64,000 nt of DNA from Micropepsaceae bacterium (lineage in GTDB: Bacteria; Pseudomonadota; Alphaproteobacteria; Micropepsales; Micropepsaceae): positions 2,138 to 66,137 of the forward strand of contig JBGAPZ010000019.1 in NCBI GenBank assembly GCA_044220975.1, in the 5' to 3' direction. The notes beneath the pieces are model-generated. The model ran no database searches, was not told the origin of the DNA, and worked only from the letters and a program-made list of their open reading frames with translations. The translations under genes were made by a program, and so were the position numbers. Shown one piece after another: positions 54,968 through 63,802 of the stretch (its first letter is position 1; every line of letters begins with the position of its first letter).

Positions 54968-56142
54968 CAGAGGTTGAAGGCTTTCCCTTGGGCGACGAGG
55001 GCCGCGAGCCGGCGTTTGCCGTCTTCGACGGCGTCGCGGATCTCAGCCGAGTTTTGGGTCGCGAGCTTACGCATCTCGTCGATAATGATGCGCGACTTTT
55101 CTTGGAAGTTCACGACGCTGTCGACGAGCTTCTTCACCGCGTCGGCGCGAATGGTCGGTCCGTAGCCGGCGCGAACCGCCGCTTCCTGCACCTTGTCGCC
55201 AATTTCGGAGAGAACCTCGATCGACTTCGAGACGCCTTCCTTCATCGCGTTCACGGTTTCGGTGGATTCGTGCAGGCCGAACATGCCGGTGAACGAGGCC
55301 TTGAGCGCGGTCAGAACCGTGTCGTTCGTCGAGAAGAACGAAACGGCTTGCGCGTAGATGCGTTCCTTCGCGCTCGTCGTTTGCATCAGGCGCGCCATGA
55401 TGACTTCGGAGGTGTTGTAGCCGATCGTCAGGTTGTCGCTCAGATCCTTCGCGATCTGATAGCGTTTGTCCTCGTCCTGCGTTTGGCGAAGCACCTCGTC
55501 GCGTATGAGTTCGAGCTTCGCGCGCTCGGCGGGCTCGGTGCCTGCGAAGGTGGCGACGGCGTTCGCCGCCTCGTTCAGCTTCTTCTTTGCTTCGTCGAGT
55601 TTCCACTCGGCCTTCTTCAAGACCTCCAGCGCCATGACCTCGGATTGCTTCAAGGCGCCGCGGAAATCACGGTAGGCTTCCAGGATCGCGGCTTCACGCT
55701 CAATCTGGTTCTTCGTTTCCTTCGTGACGTTGATGTAGATCTGGCGGATTTTGTCGAAGCGGTCGGCAACGTCGCCACGCGTGAGCTTCATCCATGAGTT
55801 CGTCGCGCGCTCCCAGACGCTGACCTTGCCGTCGGAAATCTGATCGACCATCGCTTTCGCATCGTCGCGGATGGAGTTGAAGCCTTCGGTGATCTGGCGG
55901 TAGCGATCGCCTACCTGCATGGCGGCCACGTGTTCGCGTACGACTTCGTTGAAGTTCGATGCCTGGTTCAGCGTGCGGGCGATGATCGTGATGCGATCTT
56001 GGTCGAGATCCGATATCTGCTGGAGAAGCGCGTTGATCGGGGCGTCTTCGCCTTTGTTCGCGGGGACGATGCCCATTTCGCGCAAGGTTGAAAGTGCGCG
56101 GTCGAGATATTGCATAGGCGAGCGGACGACGACGTCGGACAT
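54967..56142 (-). CDS. TelA/YceH-like (toxic anion resistance family-like) helical protein; the family call is tentative
   Basis: 391-aa all-helical protein whose organisation and length resemble TelA-family proteins. RBS GGGAGGAA lies before the ATG at 56142. Confidence 0.6.
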   Translation of the reverse strand: MSDVVVRSPMQYLDRALSTLREMGIVPANKGEDAPINALLQQISDLDQDRITIIARTLNQASNFNEVVREHVAAMQVGDRYRQITEGFNSIRDDAKAMVDQISDGKVSVWERATNSWMKLTRGDVADRFDKIRQIYINVTKETKNQIEREAAILEAYRDFRGALKQSEVMALEVLKKAEWKLDEAKKKLNEAANAVATFAGTEPAERAKLELIRDEVLRQTQDEDKRYQIAKDLSDNLTIGYNTSEVIMARLMQTTSAKERIYAQAVSFFSTNDTVLTALKASFTGMFGLHESTETVNAMKEGVSKSIEVLSEIGDKVQEAAVRAGYGPTIRADAVKKLVDSVVNFQEKSRIIIDEMRKLATQNSAEIRDAVEDGKRRLAALVAQGKAFNL

Positions 56143-56236
56143 CAAAGGTTCCTCCCAGCGGAAACGCGCGGAAACATGTGGCCCCTTCACGGCGGTTGTG
56201 CAAGGTTTGCGCGTAAATTATTGGCCGGAGATAGCG

Positions 56237-57019
56237 ATGATAAGGGCCGGAATCGGCGGTTGGAATTTCGCGGAATGGCGGGGGACGTTCTATCCGAAGG
56301 GGCATCCTCAGGCGAAGGAACTGGACTTTGCCTCCCGCGTGCTGACGTCGATCGAGATCAACGGCACGTTCTATCGCACGCCGTCGGCCGAGACGTTCGC
56401 GAAGTGGGCGGCGGAGGTTCCGGACGGGTTCGTGTTCTCCGTGAAGGGGCCGATGTCGGTTGTCGGCAAAGGCGTGCTCGCGGAGACGGGGCCTGCGCTG
56501 GAGCGGTTTTTTGGCAGCGGCGTTTTGGGGATGGGCGACCGGCTTGGCGCATTCTTCTGGCAGTTCATGCCGGCGAAGAAGTTCGATCCGAAAGATGTCG
56601 AAGCGTTTTTCAAGATGCTGCCGAAGGAAGCCAAGGGCCGGAAGCTGCGCCATGCCGTTGAAGCGCGGCACGCGACATTCGCGGTGCCGGAATTTGTCGA
56701 GTTGGCGCGAAAGTATGGTGTCGCGGTCGTGTTGGTGGACAGCGAGAAGCATCCGCTGATCGCCGATCCGACGTCGGACTTCATGTATCTGCGCTTGCAG
56801 CGGACACAGGAGAAGGTTGCGACCGGTTATAAGCCCGCTGAGATCAAGACGTGGGCAGCGCGCGCCAAGACATGGGACGCGGGCGGGGTGCCAGCAGATC
56901 TTGCGTTGATCGGAAAGAAGCCCGTGAAGCAGAAGCGCGACGTGTTCGTCTATTTCATCAGCGGTGCGAAGGTTCGTGCGCCGGCAGCCGCGCAGGCGTT
57001 GATCGGGGAAATTAGCTGA
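56237..57019 (+). CDS. DUF72 (YecE-like) family protein
   Basis: IGGWNFAEWRGTFYP...INGTFYR. I chose the ATG at 56237. Confidence 0.8.
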   Translation: MIRAGIGGWNFAEWRGTFYPKGHPQAKELDFASRVLTSIEINGTFYRTPSAETFAKWAAEVPDGFVFSVKGPMSVVGKGVLAETGPALERFFGSGVLGMGDRLGAFFWQFMPAKKFDPKDVEAFFKMLPKEAKGRKLRHAVEARHATFAVPEFVELARKYGVAVVLVDSEKHPLIADPTSDFMYLRLQRTQEKVATGYKPAEIKTWAARAKTWDAGGVPADLALIGKKPVKQKRDVFVYFISGAKVRAPAAAQALIGEIS

Positions 57020-57225
57020 TTGGCCACCTCTGCTTAGTCAATTGGAAGTACTTATTGCGCGGTCTTAATAGACTGACCTGTCGTTTGCGGCCGTAAAGCC
57101 TGCGGACGTGCGCACGTTGCAAGCGAAACACTACAACTTCGACCCCACTTTACGTGGAAGTAATGCTGAACGTGTAGGTATTCGCTCACGCCATCCTTGA
57201 GAATGGCCGGTGGGAGAAAAATACA

Positions 57226-57720
57226 ATGAAAACGAAGCTCATGGGATTCGTCTGCGCGGCCGCACTCGTGGCGATGCCTGCGGTCGGTATTGCGGCGACC
57301 GCGACGACGACGTTTCAGGTTACTGCGACCGTGATCTCGGTTTGCACAGTCAGTGCGACCGACCTCGCGTTCGGCAACTACGACGCCAGCGCCGGTGCGC
57401 CGAACGACAACACCAGCACTGTCAGCGTCACGTGCTCGAACGGGTCGCCTTACACGGTTGCGCTCGATGCGGGCACCGGAACGGGCGCCACGGTGGCCGT
57501 TCGCCGTATGAGCAACGGCGGCAATACGCTCGACTACAGCATGTACACGACGGCGGGCCGCACGACGGTTTGGGCTGACGGTACGGGCGGCACCTCGACG
57601 CAGGCGGGCACCGGTAATGGCGCCGGGCAGAACTTCACGGTCTTCGGCCGCATTCCGACCGGTCAGTTCGTGACCGCCGGCAGCTACGCCGACACGGTTA
57701 CGGCGACCGTCACTTACTAA
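57226..57720 (+). CDS. Spore-coat-U (SCPU) domain pilin, Csu-type fimbrial subunit
   Basis: Signal peptide, then TTTFQVTATVISVCTVSATDLAFGNYD...VTC...TVTATVTY. Confidence 0.85.
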   Translation: MKTKLMGFVCAAALVAMPAVGIAATATTTFQVTATVISVCTVSATDLAFGNYDASAGAPNDNTSTVSVTCSNGSPYTVALDAGTGTGATVAVRRMSNGGNTLDYSMYTTAGRTTVWADGTGGTSTQAGTGNGAGQNFTVFGRIPTGQFVTAGSYADTVTATVTY

Positions 57721-57751
57721 GACGCGCTTCGCTTCTTGTCTCGAACGGCAC

Positions 57752-57772
57752 CCCAGCGGGTTAACCGCTGGG
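57752..57772 (+). terminator. Hairpin (8-bp stem CCCAGCGG/CCGCTGGG, 5-nt loop) after the first pilin gene; possible attenuating terminator
   Basis: It sits 32 nt after the stop of pilin 1. There is no U-tract. Confidence 0.4.
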
Positions 57773-57838
57773 TAACCGTACTCGCGTACCGTTTATCCGT
57801 CGCCGCTTCTCATCATTGGCCGACGGAAAACAAAACTC

Positions 57839-58351
57839 ATGCGCGGGTTCGCTCAATACAGATCTAAGCTGCTGGGCCTTGTGTCCGTGGCCGTTGTCCT
57901 TGCGACGCCGGCTGCCGGTATCGCGGCCACTGCCACAACGACGTTTCAAGTCACGGCGACTGTGCTTTCGGTGTGCACGGTCAGCGCAACCAATCTTGCC
58001 TTCGGCAACTACGACGCCAGCTCCGGCACGCCGAACGACGCGAGCAGCACCGTCACAACGACGTGCTCGAACACGACCGCCTATACGGTTGCGCTCAACG
58101 CCGGTACGGGCTCGGGCGCGACGGTTGCTCTTCGCAAGATGACGAACGGCGCAAATACGCTGAATTACAGCATGTATACGACGGCAGGACGCACGACGGT
58201 GTGGGGCGACGGAACCCTCAGCACCGTCACGCAAGCCGGCACCGGCAACGGCAGCGGTCAGGCGCTCACCGTATTCGGGCGCATTCCAACGAGCCAGTAC
58301 GTCACCGCGGGCAGCTACACGGACACGGTCACGGCGACCGTCACCTACTAG
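57839..58351 (+). CDS. SCPU-domain pilin, paralogue of the preceding gene
   Basis: Same motif set as pilin 1, with long stretches of near-identical nucleotides. Confidence 0.85.
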   Translation: MRGFAQYRSKLLGLVSVAVVLATPAAGIAATATTTFQVTATVLSVCTVSATNLAFGNYDASSGTPNDASSTVTTTCSNTTAYTVALNAGTGSGATVALRKMTNGANTLNYSMYTTAGRTTVWGDGTLSTVTQAGTGNGSGQALTVFGRIPTSQYVTAGSYTDTVTATVTY

Positions 58352-58369
58352 GCGAACGAGAGGAAAGTC

Positions 58370-59209
58370 ATGCATCTATCGATTCGGGTGGGTGCATTGC
58401 GCCTTTGCGCAGCGCTGCTCGCCTCGCTCTGCGTCGCGCCGGCCTCTGCCGCCAGCCTCGAAGTCGCTCCCACAAAGCTCGTCGTCGACGGCAAGTCGGG
58501 CGCGGCCACACTCAATCTCGCCAATCGCGGGACCGTTCCGATTATCGTCCAGCTCGAAGGGTTCATTTGGGAGCAGAAGGACGGCAAGGACGTTTTGACA
58601 CCGACCGACGCCGTGCTGGTCAGTCCGCCGATGGCCCGTATTCCGCCCGGCGGGAAGCAGACGGTGCGCATCATGGCACGCGGCGACGGCACGCCCGGCG
58701 TGGAGCGGACCTTCCGCCTGTTCGCAAGCGAACTACCGGATCCCTCGACAGCCGAAGCGCGCACGATTCGCGTGCTCTTGCAGTTCAACGTGCCGCTTTT
58801 CGTCAACACGCCGTCGGTTGCCGCTCCGCAAGTCGCTTGGGCGGCGCAGATGGGCGCTAAGGGCTTGCTGCTAGACGCGCGCAACCTGGGACGGGCGCAC
58901 ACAAAGTTCACGAAGATCGAAGTTATCACGCAATCGGGGCGGCGGGTGCCGGCAACCTCAGAGGGCGTTCCTCACCTGCTCGCGGGTGCGACGCGGTTGT
59001 TTGCGGTTGCCGGTGCCTTCTCCCAAGGCGAGAAAGTGATCGTCGAGGCTCACACCGACGACAGCGACGTTGTGATCCGCGAAGCGGTCGAGGTGCATCG
59101 GTGTGATGCGCGCACTCGCGTCCATATTCGCGATCGCGCTCTACCTTGCTTCGGTGAGCCCCGCGCTTGCCGAAGCGGCCAGCGCCGAGCCGCGCAATCT
59201 CGTGCTTGA
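58370..59209 (+). CDS. Periplasmic pilus chaperone (PapD/CsuC-like)
   Basis: Signal peptide, then LEVAPTKLVV...ATLNLANRG...VQL and ...FRLF..ELP. The 3' end overlaps the usher start by about 100 nt. Confidence 0.8.
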   Translation: MHLSIRVGALRLCAALLASLCVAPASAASLEVAPTKLVVDGKSGAATLNLANRGTVPIIVQLEGFIWEQKDGKDVLTPTDAVLVSPPMARIPPGGKQTVRIMARGDGTPGVERTFRLFASELPDPSTAEARTIRVLLQFNVPLFVNTPSVAAPQVAWAAQMGAKGLLLDARNLGRAHTKFTKIEVITQSGRRVPATSEGVPHLLAGATRLFAVAGAFSQGEKVIVEAHTDDSDVVIREAVEVHRCDARTRVHIRDRALPCFGEPRACRSGQRRAAQSRA

Positions 59210-61418
59210 AGTTTGGCTCAACGGTGCGTCGCGCGGGCTCGTCGTGAGCGTGGCCGAACGCGCCGGCGATTTGTACGTCGAGCGGTCGGACCTCGGCGCG
59301 ATCGGGCTCAAGAACGTCGAAGACGGCGAATGTCAGGGCGAGCTTGTCCCGCTCAACCGCATCAGCGGCGTGCGCGCGAGTGTCGAAGAGGTCAAGCAGC
59401 TGCTCTTGGTTGTTGCGGCGCCGACGCGTCTTGCGGTTACGACGATTGGCTTGAGAGGCAGCGATCGGCAGTTCGTAGCCGACACGCCTATCACCGCCTT
59501 TGCGGCCGAGTACGATGTCGTTTTGACCGGAAGCGATGTCACTTCGTCTCTGCGAAGTACGTCGATCGACGGCACGCTGGCTCTCTCCGCGTTTACACCG
59601 ATCGGAACGTTCACGACCAACGGGTTTGCCGTCGTGGATGACAACGGTCGAAAAGCGCTTAGGCTCGACAGTTCGTGGACGATCGACGATCCGCCCGAGC
59701 TTAGGCGGCTCACTGTCGGCGATGCGGTTTCAGGCGGGGTCGGTTGGTCCCGCTCCGTGCGTTTTGGCGGCGTGCAGATCGCGCGCGACTTTTCGCTTCA
59801 GCCGGATCTCGTCACGATGCCGATGCCTGATTTCTTCGGCGAGACGGCAGTTCCGGGTTCGATCGATGTGTTCGTCGGCGCTTCGAAGGTGTTGTCCGAA
59901 GACGTGCCGGCGGGTCCCTTCGACGTACGCGACTTGCCGATCGTCACGGGGGCGGGTCAGGCGACGGTCGTTGTGCGCGACCTGCTCGGCCGAGAGACCC
60001 GCCGGACGATCAGCTACTACACGGACAGCGAGATGCTAGCGCAGGGACTGACCTCCTATAGCGTCGAGGCGGGCTTTTTGCGGAAATCCTACGGCCTGAA
60101 GAGTTTCGACTATGGCGACGCGCTCGTATCAGCGACCTTGCGGCACGGCTTGAGCGACGACTTCACGATCGAGGGACACGCCGAGGCGACGCCTTCGGTC
60201 GCAGTCATCGGTGTGGGCGGCGTGGTTTCGCTGTTCGACTTCGGATCGTTGCGCTTGGCTGGCGTGGGAAGCTCAAGCGAGGCCGGCGACGGCGGCTTCG
60301 GATCGATGGCGCTTTCCATGCAGTTCGGGCCCGCAAATCTTTTTGCCAGTTTCGAAGCGGCAACGCCGGCCTATCGCGACGTCGCCGCGATCGACGATGC
60401 GTCGTCTTTGCCACGCGAGACCTTGCAACTCGGCGGCGGGTTGGACCTTCAGGACTACGGTTCGGTGTCGATGACTTATTTGCGCCAAGAGCAGCAGAAC
60501 CACGAGCGAACGACCCTGGCGACGGCCACCTATTCGATGTCGATCGGGAGCGCCACCTTCGGTGTGACGAGTGTCTATGACGTCGAGCGCGATGCGCTTT
60601 TGGCCGAGACGTTTCTCACCGTTCCGTTGGGCGGCGGAGGGCCTTACGCCACCGCTGCAGTGACCGCGCACGAAGGTGATACGGAAGTGCGCGCGACGCT
60701 CGAACAGCCGGCCTCGCCGGACGGCGTTCTCGGGTATCGGCTGAAAGTCCGTCAGGACAGCGACTTAACACAATTCAACGCGGATGGCCGCTGGGAAGGT
60801 CAGAATGCAGCTCTCGACGGAAGGCTCGCGCTGGCCGACGGCTACTTATCGGCGCAGGCCGAAGCGGCGGGTGCGATCGTTTCGACGGGCGACGCCGCCT
60901 TCTTCACGCGTAAGCTCGACGGCGCGTTCGCCCTTGTCGATGCGGGTGCACCGGGTGTCCGTCTCTACCGCGAAAACCGCTTGGTTGCAGAATCCGACGA
61001 AAGCGGCGTCGCGTTGCTCACCGGGCTGGTACCGTTCACGCGCAATCACATTGCGGTGGATCCGGCGGGCTATGACATGTCTCAGGTGCTGGCACGAACG
61101 GACCTCGACCTCGTGCCGGGCCGCGGCGGTGCTTCGGTTAGCTTGGCGCCGGAGAAGGAGAGCCCGCTGTCGCTTTCGGTGACGCTGCCGGACGGCATAT
61201 TCCCGGACGTGGGGACGACGGTGCATTTGTCGGGCGATCCGAACCCTTGGATCGTGGGGTATCACGGGGCCTTGTTCATCGCGGACTTAAAGTTGCCGCT
61301 GGAGGTCGAGCTTGAAACCAAGTTCGGCCTGTGCCGGCTCAAGTTGACTGAGCCACCTCGTCAGACTCCGGGCGAGATCCCGCGAATGGGTCCGGTGGCG
61401 TGCGCGTTCGATCGGTGA
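59106..61418 (+). CDS. Outer-membrane fimbrial usher (CsuD-like)
   Basis: About 770-aa protein with a signal peptide MRALASIFAIALYLASVSPALA and beta-barrel-type composition. It is positioned after the chaperone. Confidence 0.85.
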   Translation: MRALASIFAIALYLASVSPALAEAASAEPRNLVLEVWLNGASRGLVVSVAERAGDLYVERSDLGAIGLKNVEDGECQGELVPLNRISGVRASVEEVKQLLLVVAAPTRLAVTTIGLRGSDRQFVADTPITAFAAEYDVVLTGSDVTSSLRSTSIDGTLALSAFTPIGTFTTNGFAVVDDNGRKALRLDSSWTIDDPPELRRLTVGDAVSGGVGWSRSVRFGGVQIARDFSLQPDLVTMPMPDFFGETAVPGSIDVFVGASKVLSEDVPAGPFDVRDLPIVTGAGQATVVVRDLLGRETRRTISYYTDSEMLAQGLTSYSVEAGFLRKSYGLKSFDYGDALVSATLRHGLSDDFTIEGHAEATPSVAVIGVGGVVSLFDFGSLRLAGVGSSSEAGDGGFGSMALSMQFGPANLFASFEAATPAYRDVAAIDDASSLPRETLQLGGGLDLQDYGSVSMTYLRQEQQNHERTTLATATYSMSIGSATFGVTSVYDVERDALLAETFLTVPLGGGGPYATAAVTAHEGDTEVRATLEQPASPDGVLGYRLKVRQDSDLTQFNADGRWEGQNAALDGRLALADGYLSAQAEAAGAIVSTGDAAFFTRKLDGAFALVDAGAPGVRLYRENRLVAESDESGVALLTGLVPFTRNHIAVDPAGYDMSQVLARTDLDLVPGRGGASVSLAPEKESPLSLSVTLPDGIFPDVGTTVHLSGDPNPWIVGYHGALFIADLKLPLEVELETKFGLCRLKLTEPPRQTPGEIPRMGPVACAFDR

Positions 61419-61524
61419 TGCAGGGGCGTCCGCCAGTGGTTGATTTTTCGTAAATAGCGGAGAGCGGTTTGCGCAAATAATGGCCGGGGTCGGTGCCGGA
61501 TGTTGCGGTACTATCGTAGGTGTC

Positions 61525-62003
61525 ATGCGTTCCATCGTCATTGCAATAGCGCGCGTCCGCGCGGTTGTTGGAGTTGTCGCAGCGCCCTGCGTGGCGGTCG
61601 CCGCAACTTGCAACACCGGTGGGCGCCCGCTGCTGGTCTCCGCCACGAATCTGAATTTCGGCAACTACACCGCATCTTCGGGGACACCGAACACATCAAC
61701 GATGACGGTGACAGTCAGTCGACAATTCGCGGCCGTGCCGCGTTCGTGGCTGCGCAGGCTGGCGTCGCACCGACATACAATCCTCGCCAAATGGCGCTCG
61801 GCGCGAACAGGTTGAACTACAACATCTTCAACCAGAACACCGACACCACAATTTGGGGCGACGGCACGGGCGGGACGCTCACCAGGAGCTATGGCGGCGG
61901 CGGAAACTCCGCGGCCGGAACGGGAATCGGCCGGATAACGACAGGCCAATACGTGACGCCCGGCGTTTACACCGACACGATAACGGTGACGATCACTTAC
62001 TGA
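61525..62003 (+). pseudogene. Third SCPU-domain subunit, interrupted by a frameshift
   Basis: The N-terminal half (MRSIVIA...ATCNTGG...LNFGNYTASSGTPNTSTMTVTVS) is in the frame of ORF 61480..61815. The C-terminal half (..AAFVAAQAGVAPTYNPRQMALGANRLNYNIF...YTDTITVTITY) is in the frame of ORF 61500..62003. The switch lies at about 61715-61745. Confidence 0.65.
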
Positions 62004-62386
62004 GCGTCGGGGATGATCGCGACGGCTTCGATCTCGACCTTCCACGCGCGGTCGATGAGGCGCGTGACGTAGACCGCGGTCGACGCGGGACGATGATCGC
62101 CCAAATGCTTTTGGCGCGCCGTGCGGATGACGCCGTTCGGATCGTCGTCGACCATGAACGTCGTCAGCTGGATGATCGCGGACGGTGGCGCGTTCTTCGC
62201 CGCGAGCGCGGCGACGATATTCGCGTAGACCTGATCGGCCTGTTCTTCCAGCGTGTCGGGCGTCGTGCCGTCAGGGCGAATCGCCACTTGGCCGGAGACA
62301 AACAAGAGCCGCGGTGACGACTTACCGTGTGGCTATAGGCCGAGCGGCGGGCTGATGGTCGCGGGGTTGTCGAGTTTCAGGGGCAT
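61997..62386 (-). pseudogene. RidA/YjgF-family protein with an in-frame TAG at codon 18
   Basis: From the ATG at 62386 the frame reads MPLKLDNPATISPPLGL-TAG-PHGKSSPRLLFVSGQVAIRPDG..., in frame with ORF 61997..62305. The stop (62333-62335) sits where this family usually has Tyr (GxYS motif). Confidence 0.7.
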
Positions 62387-62388
62387 TG

Positions 62389-63802
62389 TCAGATGTGAAT
62401 CGCGTGGCCGAGTGCTTTCAGCGCGCTCTCGTGGAAGGCTTCGCTGAGCGTCGGGTGGACGTGGATCGTGCCGGCGATGTCTTCGAGGACGGCGCCCATT
62501 TCCATGACGGTTGCGAATTCGGCCGAGAGTTCGCTGACGTGGCTGCCCACGGCCTGGATGCCGAGCACGCGGTGGTCGCTTTTGTTTGCGACGACGCGGA
62601 CGAAGCCGCCGTTGTCGGCGGCGTCCATAGAAAGTGCGCGGCCGTTCGCGGCGAAGGGGAATTGGCCGACGACGGTTTCGATGCCCGCTCTCGCGGCTTC
62701 GGCGGGGGAGAGGCCCGCGCTCACGATTTCAGGTTCGGTGAAGCAGACGGCGGCGATCGCGGCGGGCGCGAATTTGCGTTTATGGCCTGCGATGATTTCG
62801 GCGACCATTTCGCCTTGCGTTGCAGCCTTGTGTTCCAGCATCGGTTCGCCGACGAGGTCGCCCACGGCCCAGACGTTCTTCATCGACGTGCGGCACTGGT
62901 CGTCGACTTTGACGAAGCGGCCTGCCATGTCGACGCCCATGTTCTCGAGACCCCAGCCTTGCGTGTTCGGCTTGCGGCCGACGGTGACGAGGATTTTGTC
63001 GGCGGGAAGGTCCAGCGTTTTGCCGTCCGCGGTTTCGACGATGAGGGACGTGCCCTTCTTGCCGGTTTCGATGGCCTTTGCCTTCGCGCCGAGATGGATC
63101 GTTACGTTGTTCTTGTCGAGCCAGCGCTTCACGGGTGCGGTGAGGTCGGTGTCGTAGAGCGGGAGGATGTTCTTCTCCGCTTCGACGACGGTGACTTGGC
63201 TGCCCAGTTTTGCGAAGGCGATGCCGAGTTCGAGGCCGATGTAGCCGGCGCCGACGACGACGAGCTTTTCAGGCAACGTGTCGAGCATCAAGGCTTCGGT
63301 TGACGAGACGACCGCGCCGCCGAAGGGGATCGTCGGGATTTGGACGGGCAGCGAGCCTGCCGCGAGCAGCACGTGTTCGGCCGCGATCGTGACGGGGCCG
63401 GTCGCGCTGTCGACGGTGCAGGTTTTGGCGTCGGAGAATTTTGCCCAGCCGGTGACCACTTTGACCTTCGCGCGCTTCAGGAAGACCGGTGACGCCGGTG
63501 TTGAGGCGGTTGACGATGCCTTCCTTCCATTTCACGGTTTCGGCGAGATCGAGTTTCGGCGCAGCGGCGAGCTTGATCCCGTGCAGGCCTTTTGCGCTGG
63601 CGTGGCGCATGGATTCGAATTCGCCGGCTGCGTGGATGATCGCCTTCGACGGGATGCAGCCGCGGATGAGGCACGTGCCGCCGAGGCGGTCGCCTTCGAC
63701 GAGCACCGTGTCGATACCCAGTTGGCCTGCGCGGATGGCGGCGACGTAGCCGCCCGGGCCGCCGCCGACGACGAGGAGTTTCGGCTTCGGCTGTTCGGTC
63801 AT
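62389..63802 (-). pseudogene. lpdA: Dihydrolipoyl dehydrogenase (E3, Lpd) with a single-base frameshift
   Basis: The N-terminal part (VVGGGPGGYVAAIRAGQLG...GGTCLIRGCIPSK) is in ORF 63269..63802. The rest (from ..VTGWAKF) is in ORF 62389..63459. Minus-strand GGTCTTCCTGAAGCGC would read ..TGLLKRAKVKVVTGW.. if one C (plus-strand G at 63480/63481) were removed. Confidence 0.8.

Noticed and set aside
56143-56236. Direct repeat GCGGAAAC-GC-GCGGAAAC as a possible EcfG/general-stress (GGAAC-N16-17-CGTT) promoter between the TelA-like operon and DUF72
   Set aside because: The sequence is GGAAAC rather than GGAAC, and no CGTT lies at the right spacing on either strand. This is too weak to call.
55700-56752. 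350-aa minus-strand ORF and the 55919..57019 N-terminal extension of the DUF72 ORF
   Set aside because: They overlap the TelA-like gene and the DUF72 gene in the wrong frame or strand. The DUF72 family sequence begins at the ATG at 56237.
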